Below are positions 1 through 13,600 of a stretch of 64,000 nucleotides of DNA, one piece after another. Location: NCBI GenBank assembly GCA_905178155.1, contig CAJINV010000020.1, positions 992,001-1,056,000 of the forward strand, in the 5' to 3' direction. Position 1 is the first letter of the stretch. Each line of letters begins with the position of its first letter. The notes beneath the pieces are model-generated. The model had not been told where the DNA came from and did no database searches. It saw only the letters and a list, made by a program, of their open reading frames with translations. The stretch is from Amoebophrya sp. A120 (lineage: Eukaryota; Protista; Dinoflagellata). Position numbers and translations under genes: made by a program.

Positions 1-515
1 GGGAAAGGCAGCGGAAGCCGACAGCGGAGGAATCTATCACTATCTCTTACTCACGGCAAGAGGCATTTTGATCGTAGGCACAGCTTTTATAAGCAGTAAA
101 AATGCGGGGGATCGTGACGGAGAAGGCAACGCGGGCATCTTGCAGCTTTCAAGTACACACACCCGACAGAACAACAGCCACGAAAATTGTTTTCCAGCAT
201 ACAAGCATTGGTGCCGGAGGTTCGCACACACACACGGCGACCGAGTAGGGACAGGACGACCGGGTGCCCAGAAGAGTAAAAGCAGACGCCCTCCTCGGCA
301 TTACATTTTCCTTTGAAGAACGCTCACATATAGATGCTCGCCAACACCACAGGGGCAATCGTTATTACAGGTCGAAAAACAAAAAACTTGTATCTTTCTA
401 AGTAAGTGGCACTGTCTACAATAGTTCTTGTCGGCTTCAAGACATCAGCCTTGTGATCTTTTAAAGCCACAACAGGAGCTAGTACCTGCTCTAAGTAGCA
501 GCGTTTTCAAATAAC

Positions 516-3500
516 TCAGAAAAACACTCGTGTCAAATTTGTATTCATCCACAATTTCGTCAAATCTTCTTCCTCAAGATGTTCCGGCAGCCCGATGATG
601 TTGATCGCGCTGCTGTTCCGGACGTGTATTCTATATCGAGTGCAAAAGTGTCTGGGTCTGGAAGAGTGAGAGGTTTGTCATGCATATTTTGCATGACCCC
701 TGACGCCTGTAATGCATGGTCCAGCATCACATATTTTTAGAGGACTTCCTGAAGATGCCTGTTACGCATGAGAAACACCTTCCCCACGTAGTACAAAGTG
801 GACTCCTCTTGGTTGCTGGTCATGCAATACAAATTTTTTATAGAATCCAAAGACAGCATCACAAGTTTGCATCCTTCCAGACCCAGACACTTTTGCATTT
901 GATATTCTACTCCGGTCGACGAAGCGCCAAAAGTTCGGTAAGTGACACGCGAACTGCGGGTACACCCATCCAGGCCCTGTACCGTAGAAGTGCGTCAACC
1001 CGATGTCTTTGAACAGCTGCGAGAGGCGGGACCGAATGCCTGGATCGGTGCAAGTGGTCGGGGAGGATGTAGAAGGAGTAGATGCTGGTAGAGACATGTT
1101 TTCAATATCATCTTCATCCTCATCCCCTGGAGGTCGTGAAGTAGAACGTGCTGACGTTCGTGTTCTGCCTTCAGGCCCAGCAGATCCAGATGATCCCGGG
1201 TCGTCAGATCCGGCCTTATTTTTGTTCGTTCCTGTCTTCTCCGCCCAGAATGCAGAGTACTCAAACATCACCGCCCACACTCGGCTGTGTCGCAGAAACT
1301 CAGCAGCTCCCAGCAGCGCCGCGCATTCGTACCCTTCTACGTCGGCCTTGACGATGAGATCCCGTTTTTTATGCTCCCTTTTCCGCTGCTTGTTATCAAC
1401 GTATCGCCAGTGTTTGTTCCAAATCGTGTCGACGGTGTGCAGACGGACACTGACATCGTGCTTGTTGATCAGCTGCAGCTTCGCGGCTTCCTGCACCGCC
1501 AGGCTCGCTGCATGACGATCTTCCCCCAGGTAGCTTGGTGTTGCTCTTGCTGCGTCCTCTACTTCTTTTCCATCGTAATAATGTTGCTGTCTGGCTGAAG
1601 TAATGCTGCTGGAAGGAGGAGCAGAGCTCGATCTATCTTTTGACTCGTCAAAAATTTCGTCTTCGACCGCTTCAAGATGATCACCGTCGACCTGCTGATG
1701 TTTTTCTCCACTCATTTCGCCTTCTTGATGTTGACCATGATCTCTCTGCCACTGCGGCCACACGACGTTTCGTTCCTGTAAATCATTCTCCTTCATATCC
1801 ACAGAAAAAAAACACCCATCCCCATCCAATTTTTGTAAATGACAGACACAGCTGCATCTTATGCATCTTTTGCATGACAAATTGGATGGGCTGCATGGGT
1901 TTTTTTCTTTGGATACTTCACATCTCTTTCGTCCAACACCACCGAGCTCCAATTTACCAAAGACAGCGCCCGTTCCTCCCCCTCGGTCTCCGGGGCGCCG
2001 ACAATCGCGCGGACCACGTGCAAAAAATGGTTCGCGTAGTTGTGCAGCAGTAGCTCCTTGTTGTCGCAAAACAGCGTGTCGAGCAGCTTGCGGACGTTTC
2101 CGAGCACCTATGCATGATTGCAAATATGTCTAGGCCTGGAAATAAATTTGTGATGCTAAAATGTGCACGATGAAAACACCTCCTCATGCAGGAAGGCATG
2201 AAAAGCCTGCAGAACGCTTTATCATACGAACTCCGAATGAGTAGAAGCTGCGTTTTTGTAAATATGACGTGAGAGGCAGGCACTTTTGTTGGTCATGCAA
2301 TACAGATTTCACAGGAATGCAAGACCAGCATAACAAGCTCCAACTTTCCACCCCCAGACATATTTGCAATGCATAGCACCGGCTCAAACGCGAACACCTC
2401 CGCTTTGTGGACGACCGCGGCGAGCAGCGACCACATACCCAAGTTGCTTCCCAAGTCGAGATATGAAATGCAAAAGTATCGCACTAGTTGTGGTTCTAGT
2501 ATGAATTGCATTACAAATTGACTTAGCATTACAAATCAAATTTGTGATGCGGATATGCCTTAAGAGAGAGATTTGTAAAGCATAGACGCGATTAGAACGA
2601 GCACGATACTAATACTTTTGCGGTGGATACGAGAAACGTCATGCGGGGTTCGACGTCGAAAATGTCTATGTTGTCGGTGGTGGGGTCATTTTCATTGTTA
2701 TCCTCGTGAAGATGTTCTTGTTCTTCATGTCGGTCAGTATCAACCTGGTCTCCACCGCCTTTTTTGGTTTCATCAACCCCGCCTGCTGATGTAATTCCAC
2801 CAAAAACTACCCGCGTCAAATTCGCACTTCGCGCGCTGCCGTGGTAGTCGCTGGCGTAGCTCCACGCTTCCTGCAGCACGATGTCGTCGGGGACGTCTTG
2901 GTCGCCGAGGGCGGTTTATAAACTGCAAAAGTATCGTGTTCGTATAAATGCATTACAAATTTCTTCAGCATGAAAAATAATAATTTGTAATGCAGATTTA
3001 CCTTAACAAAAGGATTTGTAATGCATGATTGCAATACGAGTGCGATACTTTTGCACAGGATACGGTTCTTCTTGCCGCTGGGTCTTTCCACAAAATCTTC
3101 CCCTTCGCGAGAACTTCCTCGTACAGCCAATCCAGCAGCATTTCCGCGGCCGGGTCCGTCGCCTCCTTCTGCCGGTCAGTGGGGATGTCCAGGTGGTCGT
3201 AGGCTGAAAGGACGAGGTGGTTATTTTCCGGCTCGGGCAAATTATTCAGCTCCACACAGGGCTCATTCACGTACTCCGCATAGCTTTGCCGCACCGACTG
3301 CCGGATGTGGGACAAAGTTAGAGCACCAGAGACATGCGGTAAAACGTTCTTCGACGACGGAAATAAAGTCACAGCAGGACCAGTTGTTCCAGGTCGTGGT
3401 GAGTTCTGCCGTGATTTTCGTTCTGCATCACCCGCGCCCAGAAGCCTCTGGTGGTACAGCTCCGCAAGGCTGTACCGGGTTCGGCGTTTGAAGCGAATAT

Positions 3501-4696
3501 CCGAAGAAGTTGAGGCAGCGATAGCGTCGGTTGTCAATGGGGTGGAGGCACCAGCAAAAATGGTCGCGCTTTTGGTCCTGTTGCTGTTCGGCTCCAGCCC
3601 AGCCTCATCCCTCTCCACTTCCCGGAGCAGTTTCTGCGCAAAAGCCAGAATCTTCCGTTTCCACGCCGCTTTCCGTATCTGCAGCCTCGCTTTGTGCAGG
3701 AACGACAGAAACAGCCACAGCCCGCTGGACTCGTGCGACCCGTGTTCCCGGACCACATCGGAGAAAAACCTTCCGTAGCCGCCTATGGAAGTGTCAGAAT
3801 CGAAATCGACAAAATCGAAAAATTTGTGATGCACAAAGTCGATGCCAGTTGGAGCCTCAGTTTCCAACTGGCGCATGACAAATTTCGGGACCACCAAAAT
3901 CCAGTCTGTCATGCTGTTTGGGCAAGGCAGACTGCTCCTGTCATGCTACTCTGGCAACACATTGTATACCCCTAAAGAGGCTTGCAATCGGTCTCATTTG
4001 CCTGCTCCCCAATACAGGCGTCGCGTGCCCTACATTTTATGCATCACAAATTTTTCGACTTTGTCGATTTCGATCCTGACATTCCCATACCGCCCGGGGC
4101 GTGCAGATTGATCTGCGCCGCGAAAACGCCCTGCGGGGACCCCTCCGCCGGTTTCAGAAAGGCGGAGGTGATATCACACAGGAAAAAGCCGGCATAATGC
4201 AAAAATAAATACACAAAAAAATCTGTATTGCGTATCCTAAGCACCATGCTATGGGGCCGCCCATGACAGATTTTTCTGTGTGTCGGTTTTTCCTATACAA
4301 ATATGCGCTGTCTGCTTTTTCTCTGGGATAGGTGAGGTAGTCTTGGCGGGCAAGGGAACAGTTGCAGGGAACAGAGGTTTTGGTGGTCCCGAAGAAATCT
4401 ACTTGTTCCATAGCATGAAGATCTGGTGCAGCGTGGGTCGTTCTCGTAGTTGGCTCGTACAGAGGACAAAGCCTCTGGCTCGAAACAGCTGTTGTACTGA
4501 AGGCGCATGATGCTGATAGAGAAAACAAAAGAAGTAAAGTTAGTATCTTCGTGGTAGGTTTTGGTTTGGTAACTCTTTTCTTCGTACAGAAGCAGCTCGA
4601 AGAATTTTTACTTCTGCAACAAGAGCAAGTAGAAGAGCAGACATTCACTAATCTGCTTCTGCAGCTACAAGAAAAACCCACAACCACCACCGACAT
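516..4696 (-). CDS. FkbM-family (Methyltransf_21-like) SAM-dependent methyltransferase, ~902 aa, 7 introner introns
   Basis: Removing 7 elements plus 5 nt each leaves 2709 nt (multiple of 3) ending in TGA at 516-518. Reassembled motifs: TFLDLGSNLGMWSLLAAVVHKAEVFAFEPVLGN and LIVKADVEGYECAALLGAAEFL...VMFEYS. The start codon (ATG 4696) is uncertain. Confidence 0.8.
634..904. mobile_element. Introner family A (TIR TATCAAATGCAAAAGTGTCTGGGTCTGGAAG)
   Basis: ~30-bp TIR; TSD TTCTA/TTCTA; excision gives DRSR-IHVRN. Confidence 0.93.
1796..1915. mobile_element. Introner family C (TIR TATCCACA(A)nACCCATCCCCATCC)
   Basis: TSD CTTCA/CTTCA; excision gives ERDVK-ENDLQ. Confidence 0.9.
2109..2375. mobile_element. 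Introner family A
   Basis: TSD GCACC/GCACC; excision gives FEPV-LGNVR; can be read as GT-AG. Confidence 0.9.
2462..2629. mobile_element. Introner family B (TIR TATN4TGCAAAAGTATCGTACT)
   Basis: TSD CGAGA/CGAGA; excision gives MTFL-DLGSN. Confidence 0.9.
2917..3062. mobile_element. Introner family B
   Basis: TSD CGGTT/CGGTT; frame restored. Confidence 0.9.
3784..4089. mobile_element. Introner family H (long TIR TATGGAAGTGTCAGAATCGAAATCGACAAA)
   Basis: ~50-bp TIR; TSD CCGCC/CCGCC; excision gives HAPGG-YGRFF. Confidence 0.9.
4172..4330. mobile_element. Introner family I (singleton)
   Basis: TATCACACAGGAAAAAGC...GCTTTTTCTCTGGGATA; TSD GGTGA/GGTGA; frame restored. Confidence 0.85.
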
Positions 4697-7600
4697 TTAA
4701 TGCGACTTTAGAGAACTGAAAATGATTGTTCCAGAAACCTTCGAGTCCTTGTGGTGAAGCATCGGACCACGTATCAAAATTTCCGAGCCATGGAACTATG
4801 TTCGCTAAGAAGCTGAAAAGGTCAAACCGAACGTCAACGGACAACACAAACAATGAGCCACACCTTCTTTTTTACGTACTCTTTTCTGATCATGTTTTCC
4901 GTAAAAGATCTTCTTCGGACCGTTGCGGATGCACTCGCTCGAACAGAAGACGTCGATGCTAAGAAAACAAGAGCATGTGATAGCTCTTGAACAAACGCCC
5001 ACCTCCCCTGTACTTCTAGTGTTCCATTCTGTCGTGCGCAGGAGCGCATCAAAGAATGGCGATTGTCGTGCAAGTATTTTTTAGGAGATGCAGTCCGTTT
5101 TCTTTTCTTGCTTATCATGAGTAACGTTGTCGTTCATGTTAGAGTTAGTTATGGAGAGAATAATTCTCGACGTCAAATCATGTGGAGGCAGTTTATGTTT
5201 TGGGATTTTGGTGACAACTCGGGTGACCTTCTGCAGCATGGGCCCTCGTCGCGATACAAGAATCATGGAGAGGTACTAGAAGTTGTTCGCTCCTACGTGT
5301 ACGTTCACGAGCGCGGCATAGTTTTGTCTTGAATAAATGAGTTGAGAGAGACCCACACGATCCGAAGCTACTTCCATGTGCTGAAGAGGCTCATTTGCAG
5401 TTTACGTGCGTTTGACTTTCTCTTTTTTGTGCCGCGACCACCTTCCTATGACAATCATCTTGTGGCTGAGGATGCTAAGAAGTACTGCAAGAAATGCAAG
5501 CGCATGATCTGCATCGACTCTAGTCACTTCCTTTTGGCGGAGCTGTGTTTACGTTTGGGCTACGTGGTGTAGTCTTGTAAAAAGCGACGTGCTAAACGAG
5601 TGAAGTAGGCGTGTTCCTTGTCGCAGCTGCAACGTTTATTTCTTCTTCCAATAGTAGATGCGTAACAAGAAGTGCAGTGGTTGCTAGTGTGCTACATGGT
5701 GCGTCGTGAGCGTGCCAGAGTTGTCCGCATACAAGAAAAAGAATAAGAGTTGCGTCTTCTCCTCTACGTTGAATTTCATAACGTGAGGGCGAGTTTCGGT
5801 TTTCTCTTTCTCTTTCATCTGCCCGCAAAGAAATAAAGAACTTTTTGAGCAGCACGTGTTTGTGTTCCTGTTCTGTGAAGAAAAATATAAGAATAAGAAA
5901 TGCCCAGGAGATATTGTATATTGATTTTATTTCTGTCATCAACATGAGCCGTAAACTTACAGCTGGAAGAGACGCGGAGCCAAACGCCAAAATTGGTGCA
6001 CGCGGGTGCGCCTGCGAAGACAAATTCGAAGCGACAACCCAAACCAATGATAGATAATGTGGGACGGAAAATTCTTTAACTATGCAAGACTCGACGTCGC
6101 AGAAGGAGTTGGTAAACGAACCGTTGTTGAGTTGTAGGGAGTTGTACGTGTTGTACTAGCGCTATTAGACTAGACGCTATGTTGGAAATTTGAAACTACA
6201 TCCTCACTTAGATCCATGCTAATTTTTGGATTTGGCATTTCGTTTGCTATGGCTATGCCTTCTCTACAATATTTACATCAATGCTCAGCTCCTCCACACA
6301 GTCTACAAAACTTTTGAATTGATGCACTACTTGTACTACTAGTCTTCCATGCCATCAAATCTTCAACTTCCTCGCTTTTCATACGGACCTTTCGTTTTTT
6401 CAGAAAGAGCAACTTGAACTTTGAAAGAAACGAAATCATATACGGTTGAGAGATCAATATCGTCCTGTGATTCCTAGCAGATAGGTATTGTTTTTTTCCG
6501 CCTCCCATCCAAAAAGTGTAATAGTTTTAGTTGCAGTGCCTGCAGCTCCTTCTGCGTATTTCGCGTTTCTGCTATTCTTGGCAAGAAGGCATTGATGGTA
6601 CTTTAATCAGCGGGATAATTATCGTCACAAAAATTTTTGTACAATCGATTTTCTCCTGTGCAATCGTTATTTTCAGTGGCGTGTTACAGTCGCTCAAACT
6701 GTCTCGACCACAAAACCTCAATCAATAGTGGGCCGCCATTTGAAGCTTGTACAGTGTGCAATTTTCGTTCCAATTTTGGAGTAAATTGTGCATAGTGATA
6801 GTGGTAGATGTGGTAGTACTTTTTGTTGTGTTCAACACAAAATCATATAATCATAGAGACAAGCTACAAGCGGCGATAGTTCGAAACTATGTTGATGTGG
6901 AATTCATCATCGTCCGCCGGTGGCAATTACTATCTGTCGTGTGTAATGTACTTAGTAAAAATCTCTAATTTATTTGACGTACGGTGCATTGTTCAAAAGA
7001 TAAGATGGGGCCCCGCGGCGCCTACCTGGAAACTGTGAAGCGCAGACAGAAATCAAATTTCTGGCGACAGTTCCTGGATTGCCTTATTTTCGACGGTAAA
7101 AATAGTGCTCTTGCTCTCGGGTGGGAGAAAAGAAAAAAGCGCGCCGTCGAGTTGGTTCATTTCAGAAGAATAGTGTAGCAACATCATCCTGCACGACCTT
7201 TCTATTCCAAGAGTAGAAACAGAAAGTAGACAGAAGCACGTGTGTTCATTGTTTGAAAAATTCTATGTGATCTTGTTGCTGGGAAGTAGGACCTACTGAA
7301 ACAACATCAAGACGAGAAATTTCTGTTATGTTTTCTACTTTTGTAGACCCTGAAGTTGCATATTCTGCATACATTTTATTCGAGTGGATAATTTATCTTT
7401 TTCCAACTTCAACTTCATCAGCCCTCTTGGTTTTGCTTTTGTCTTCTTGCTTCTCCTGTGCATTACCGCGACTTGCGCTGCATCTGCAATCCTCCTTCTT
7501 TTTCTTCATCGATCTGCTCTTGCTATTAATTTCAATTTGGTAACTTGTTCTCTTCGATGATGTGCTTTACAAAAATCATTCAATTTTGCAGGCCGTTCAA

Positions 7601-7699
7601 CATCCCCCAGAACCAGGTTCAGCTGCAACTAGGCGGCCAGGAAAGAACAAGAAAGAGGATGTGTGCGACGAGTGTCGTCCTCCGCGCTAGCAGATCCTT

Positions 7700-10600
7700 C
7701 TACCCGAGCAGCGGCTCTTTCATCGTGCTTGCCGCCGCCGCGCTGCCCGCCGTGCTTTTTGGTTGCGCGGTCGCCCGGGCGGTGCAGACCCACTTTCCGG
7801 TGCCCCAGTAGTAATCGTGGTAGGCGTGCAGCTTGTGGTAGCAGCCCTGCAGGACCATGGACACCATGTGCACGGGGATGCAGAGCCGGAACCAGGCCGG
7901 ATTGTAGCGGCACTGCGAGACGTGCTGCCCGATGTAAATCACCCGGAGGATCAGCGCAAACAGACCCATCCAAAACATGTACTGGTACCTGAGAGTTTGA
8001 TTTTGATCAACAGAGCATATGCATATAGCAGTGAATTTGTGTTGCTGTAAAGAAATAAACTTTTACGTACCAGGACTGCCATTAGCACTGTCAACATCTT
8101 CAAAGTTTGAATTTAGAAACGTCGCGCACGGTTCTAGAACATCTTACCCGGCCTCCAAGGCCCACGCCGCCTCGGTGTGTTCACTGGAGTTCAAAAACTC
8201 TTGGTGCGCGCGGCAGCACATGCCGAACACCTCGAAGTAAAAGAGGTAAAACAACGGGGATTCCGTGGGTGTGCGATTTTCTGTGTACGTGTACCAGTAG
8301 ATCCAGCGCTCGAGGAAGCCCTTGGTGGACTTACTAGACCAGTTCCAGGAGATTGTCCGGTCCATAATCTGAGTTTATTTTTCGGATGATATTGCAATTT
8401 TGATATTGATTTTCACCAGTGCATGTGCAGTTCATCGCGCTGTATGAAAAAGGTTAAGGTTCAGAAATGAAGTCAATGAAATGAATAAGTTCATCCTTGT
8501 TCTTTGAGTTTGATCACGACACACGGAGAAAATAGAAGCACGACGGCGCAGTTGTGAAGTGCTTCAAAAGTAAGTAGATGAAAAAGCATACCTGCAACGC
8601 GCAGTGCATCCACCTTCTTCGCTGCTTGTTGATCGTCGCAAGGGTGGCGGGTTCGCGCTCCTGGCACAGCATATTGTTATCCAACACACCCCGCTGTCCG
8701 AAATACCTGAAGAGAAGTGCGTAATTTTTATACATTGGATTTGGAAGCGCAAGGGCAAGCGCATGATTGAGGAGAGGAGAAGAAGAAGGCGCATCTATAG
8801 AAACCCACACCCAGCAAAGGAGCTTAAACGAGAGCGAAGCCCGCTCGTGCTTGTGCACTAGAAAAAACCGTACATGAATCCCCGGCAGCTCGCGTCGTGG
8901 TCTTCTGCCAACGTTCTGGTGTCAAACTCCACCTGTTTGACCGCGCTGGTCCGCCAGAAGCCGCCGCGGCCGTTGAAGTTACTCCTGCCGTATCCGCAGG
9001 AAATTTCTCGCACACGACGAACAAATGTCGTTTTTGCATGACAAGGCCTGCGTTCGATCCTCGACAGATTGACAAGTTGTTTTACAGTCTGTCTCTAAAT
9101 GCTGGAACTTTTGTGTGTCGCGTGCGGGGAATTCAAATTTCCGATGCCTATTTCGAACAACAAGCCCATGAAGGTATTCGTCTGTGCGAAAGAGTCGCGA
9201 AACGCCATCAGCGCGGTGGTGGGTCGAAAACTGTCCGGCCCCTCGGGAAAGCCCTCGCTATGCAAGAAAAAAGCTGTGTGCTTAAGAGTTGTAAGTCTGT
9301 GACGCAGAAATTGCAAAACAGTTTACGCTTGTCATTCCAAACACCCATGCGATCATCTTTTCAGGTGTGCTTTCATCACGTACGTAGCTTTGATGCAACA
9401 CAAACTTTCTCTGCCATGCGCAGGAAGTTTGTCATGCTGTCACTCGAAGACGTAGACGCCTTCAGTAAAACACTTTTTTTCTTGAATACTCGTAGTCGTC
9501 CTTGCAGTAGATGTTCCGCCCCTGCGCGACGTCGTACTGCTCTGGCCCGAAGATGTGCATCGCCGCCCGGCACATGGTTTCGGCGGAGACAATGGTGTCC
9601 GAATCGTTGAAGAGCGCGAAATCCGTGTCCAGCTATGCTCTGCAAAAGTATCGTGGTTGTACTAATTGCAATTACGCATGACAAATCGTGTTTCTTAGGC
9701 AAATCACCATATACAAAATCCATCTTTCCTTCTGAAAAAACTTTGTAATGCGATTTATACTTAGTACGATACTTTTGTCATGCATACGAGCATGCGGATG
9801 GCGACGTTCAGGTTATCTGCCTTGCAGGTGGACTCCATGATGCGCAGGGCCTTGAACTTCGGCCACTGCTTTTCGAATATAACCTGCTCAGGTGTTGCAA
9901 TCTCAAACGTTGCAATAAAGTCTGGAATTTGTGTTGCCAGAAGTGCATTACCTAGCCAACTCTCGTAGGATTGCGCATGACAAGTTCTGGAGTCGCAATC
10001 CGCACTACAATCTGGCGAAATTTGTATTGCAGAAAGTGGAATGCTGTCCGAGTCTGTCATGCTCATCATGCAATACAAAACCCGAATTCTTCTATTGTAA
10101 CGCTTGAGGTTGTAACGTTTGAGCAGGTCATATCGAATTCGGCGAGTTTCTCGGTGATCTCCTTGTGCGCGTCACCTATGCATTGCAAAAGCATCGCACT
10201 CGTATATCAATAAATGCGAGTCTAGCATTACAGATTGATCTGCTTTCTTACGCTTACCTGAATCAGAATCTGCATGACAAATTTCATTTATTTCGTGTGG
10301 GAAAATTTGCCACGCAATTGTTCATACTAGTACGATACATTTGCATTCTTGCATATCACCCTGCTTCGGACTATTCCAGACCAGGAGGACCTAAATGGAT
10401 TTGTATTTTTGCGTGTTGAAGAGCATGATGTTGTTCCAGGTCAACATGATCATCTTCTTCAGTAAACTTCCACTAAGTTCTTGCATCGGTAAAAAATTGC
10501 AGCACCAGTTGTACTTCTCGATGCTACTGGCGCCGGCGGATAAAAACCGCCGTTGTATCGCAGCGTGCGTGCTGGCACGTACATGTGCACAACCGTGCGC

Positions 10601-13600
10601 ATGTGTGCCGGCGAACGCGCGCATGCACGCTGGCGTGCGCGCGTTACAGGGTCGGGAACGTGTGCACACGCCTGTGCAACCACGTGTGCACGCCTGCGTG
10701 ACGCGCGGGTCACGCAGGGCAGGACGGGCGGGTCGCGCGGGTGCAACAAGGCGTTGCAGCCGCGACCCGACCGTGCAGTGCAAGAGGAGAAGGACGGCGT
10801 GTCGCACCACATCGTAGTGGCAGAACACGCCAGTGCCATGAGTGGCACGAGAGATGGACGGGGAGCGCTACGCGCACCCCCCGGGAGAACGTCAGGATCG
10901 CAGGCGCACGAGCGGTGCGCTGGATCCACGACGCCACCCGCGCCGCACGTGGATGTGCGGGCGGGAGGCCCGTAGCGCCCGACCCTCACCTACGAGGTCG
11001 CACGACGCACGGGCCTATGCACTCACACAACCCGATCTGGACCAGACGGGGAGGTGCGAGGCGACGAGGGCGCGGCAGCTGCCAGAGCTGCGCCCCCTAG
11101 GCATGAGGTGTGAGTGCCGACACCGACGCGTGCGCAGGTCTTCTAGCCTGCGCACCGGTGGAGCATAACACACACGCCTGGCGGTGTCCAACCGCACGTT
11201 GCTCGGTCCCCCTTGGGGGAGCAGGCAACGTAAGAACGCGTGCTGCAGAGGCAGCACTGGGTGCGAAGGGGTGCTCGCGCACCACAGACGCGTGTCGTGA
11301 GGGACACATGGTCGCAACAATGCGACGGTGCTGCGTGAGGTGCAGCGCTGCGTGAGGTGCAGCGCTGCGTGAGGTGCAGCGTGGCGCGAAGACGCAGCCA
11401 CAGTGCCGACGGGCACAGGTTCATCGCAGATGAACCGATGGTGTACCAAGAGGTGGTAACTTTGTCATCCAGGACAAGAGAAGTTGACCTCTCCCCCGAG
11501 GTGGGACGGTCGTTTTGTACTCGAGACCCACCCCCAGTCGCACAGCGAAAGGAAGCAGGGTCGAGCACAAACGACCGGTGGCGAAGGCCACGAAGAGGCG
11601 GTGACAGGTTGCCAGACAGGCAGCTGTCGCCGCGTGAGGGTCGAAACCGACACGACAACGAGTGCGGCTGAGCCACGCAGTATGTCCAACCAATTCGTCG
11701 AGACCGCTTGCGCGCGTAAACATCCATCAGACCAAACAGCATGGGCGGCACCTCAGTCTAGTTACCCAGTCCTAAAAAATTGCAGCACCAGTTGTACTTC
11801 TCGATGCTACAACTCAAGTAAGATTCGTAGACATCCTGTTCGTTCTCCCTCTCAACATGGTTCTATCTTCTATGAGTAAAGCTTTAATTGAAAATAGTCG
11901 GAGAAGTCGTGCTGGGTTGTAGAAGATAGAAGTACCTTGTACCCACCCGGGTACTTGGGTTCCTCTCGCTTGTAGTACTCCAGCACATCGTATGACAGTG
12001 CACAACTCCCCCTCGTCCCCGTCATTTGTCATGCTTAACAGACTGCGCGACTAAAGCCCTGGGGCTGCGGGGTCCGAGGGGTGCACTGAGCACAAAGGGG
12101 GTCCGAGGGGTGCCGTCATTTGTCATGCAAAGTCCCGAATCCATTCGCTGCCTTATGGCACTGTTTGCATGACAAGTTCTGGTACCCAAAATAGAACTAC
12201 ACTCCTGTGCAAATTTGTCATGCAACCCCAGCATTCTTGCTGATGCTTGTATTGCCGTTCATGCTATACAAATGAGGGGGTGGTGGAGGAGGAGTTGTGC
12301 ACTGTCATACATCGAGGATAATATCCTCCTCGTTGGGCATGTAAGCGGGCAACACCACCGTCATCTCCCTGAAGACGTCTTCATCGACATCGATCATCGC
12401 GTGGTAACTATCGCCATCCGCGCAACTCTATCCTGTGCAAAAGTATCGCACTCGTGCCAAGTGCAGATATGCATGACAAATCCATTTTTCTACCTGAAAT
12501 AGCATGACAAATTGCATTTTTGTTCTCGGGAAAATTTGTAATGCAATTTATACCAGTACGATACTTTTGCAGTGCATAAACTTTCGACGTCCATATTCGC
12601 TGCGACCGGGGTGACAATCGAGTCAATCGTTTTCCGCATGGCGTTCTTGCCGATGAGGAATTGCGACCCTCCGGGGGTTTTGTTTCCGTACATCTTCACG
12701 CCCTATGAACTGCAAAAGTATCGCACTCGTAGTGATTGCTATTGCAGTCATGCACAATTACAAATCTTTTTCTTCAGGCAGATCCGCACTACAAATTTGA
12801 TTTCTCATGCTAAGGAAATTATTTGCAATGCATTTTCATTTATACGAGTACGATACTTTTGCAATGCATAAGTACTTCGCCTTTGCGATCAGTTTGTCAA
12901 TGGTGTCGTTGTCCAACCGCGGGGGCTCGTAGGGCCCAGTGGTGTAGACTTCTTTCGAGTTCTTCACGTTTTGTCCGAGGCGGAGCAGCATCCTGTGTAA
13001 AAGTATCGTACTCGTAGTAATTGCATTTATGCGTTACAAATCTCCTTCTTCACCTAAATCCGCATTACAAATTTCGTTTCTCATGCTGAGATAATTTGTC
13101 ATGCGATTTCTACTAGTACGATGCTTTTGCATTGCATAAACAGCGAGAAAATCGCGATCCCGTATGCAATCATGTCGCAGATTGCCGCAAATGCGCTCAT
13201 GGCGATGGTGATGGAGACAAGAATAACGACGGTGTCCTGGTCACTCGGGGTGGTCGGCCGGACCACCGCGGTGGTTGCGAAGATGTAGCCGCGGTAGATA
13301 CCGATGAAGGCCCCGATGGTCGGGAACGCGTACAGAAACAGCGTCACAGCCCAACGCGCGTTGTCGTTCGTGATGCGGGAAGCCTGGAGTAGAAGTAGGG
13401 GTTTGTAGTCGTACACAACAAGTACACGTAGAAGTGAGCTAGAGCATACAAAGTCATGTCATGATGAAAGAAGTTATAGCACAACATCAGAATGAAAACT
13501 CAAACTTCGGGGTCCTGGCGTAAAATCGTACCAGGAAGTTCCCCAAATAGGCTGGCGTCTGGAAGGTTTGCTTCGAATCGTTGACGTAGTCGTGTTTTTT

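Noticed and set aside
11664-11773. Hammerhead, HDV-like or tRNA/5S identity for the shared 110-bp terminus
   Set aside because: CTGATGG is present on the minus strand but the GAAA core and stems are missing, and no cloverleaf or clear pol III boxes are visible. A covariance search is needed.
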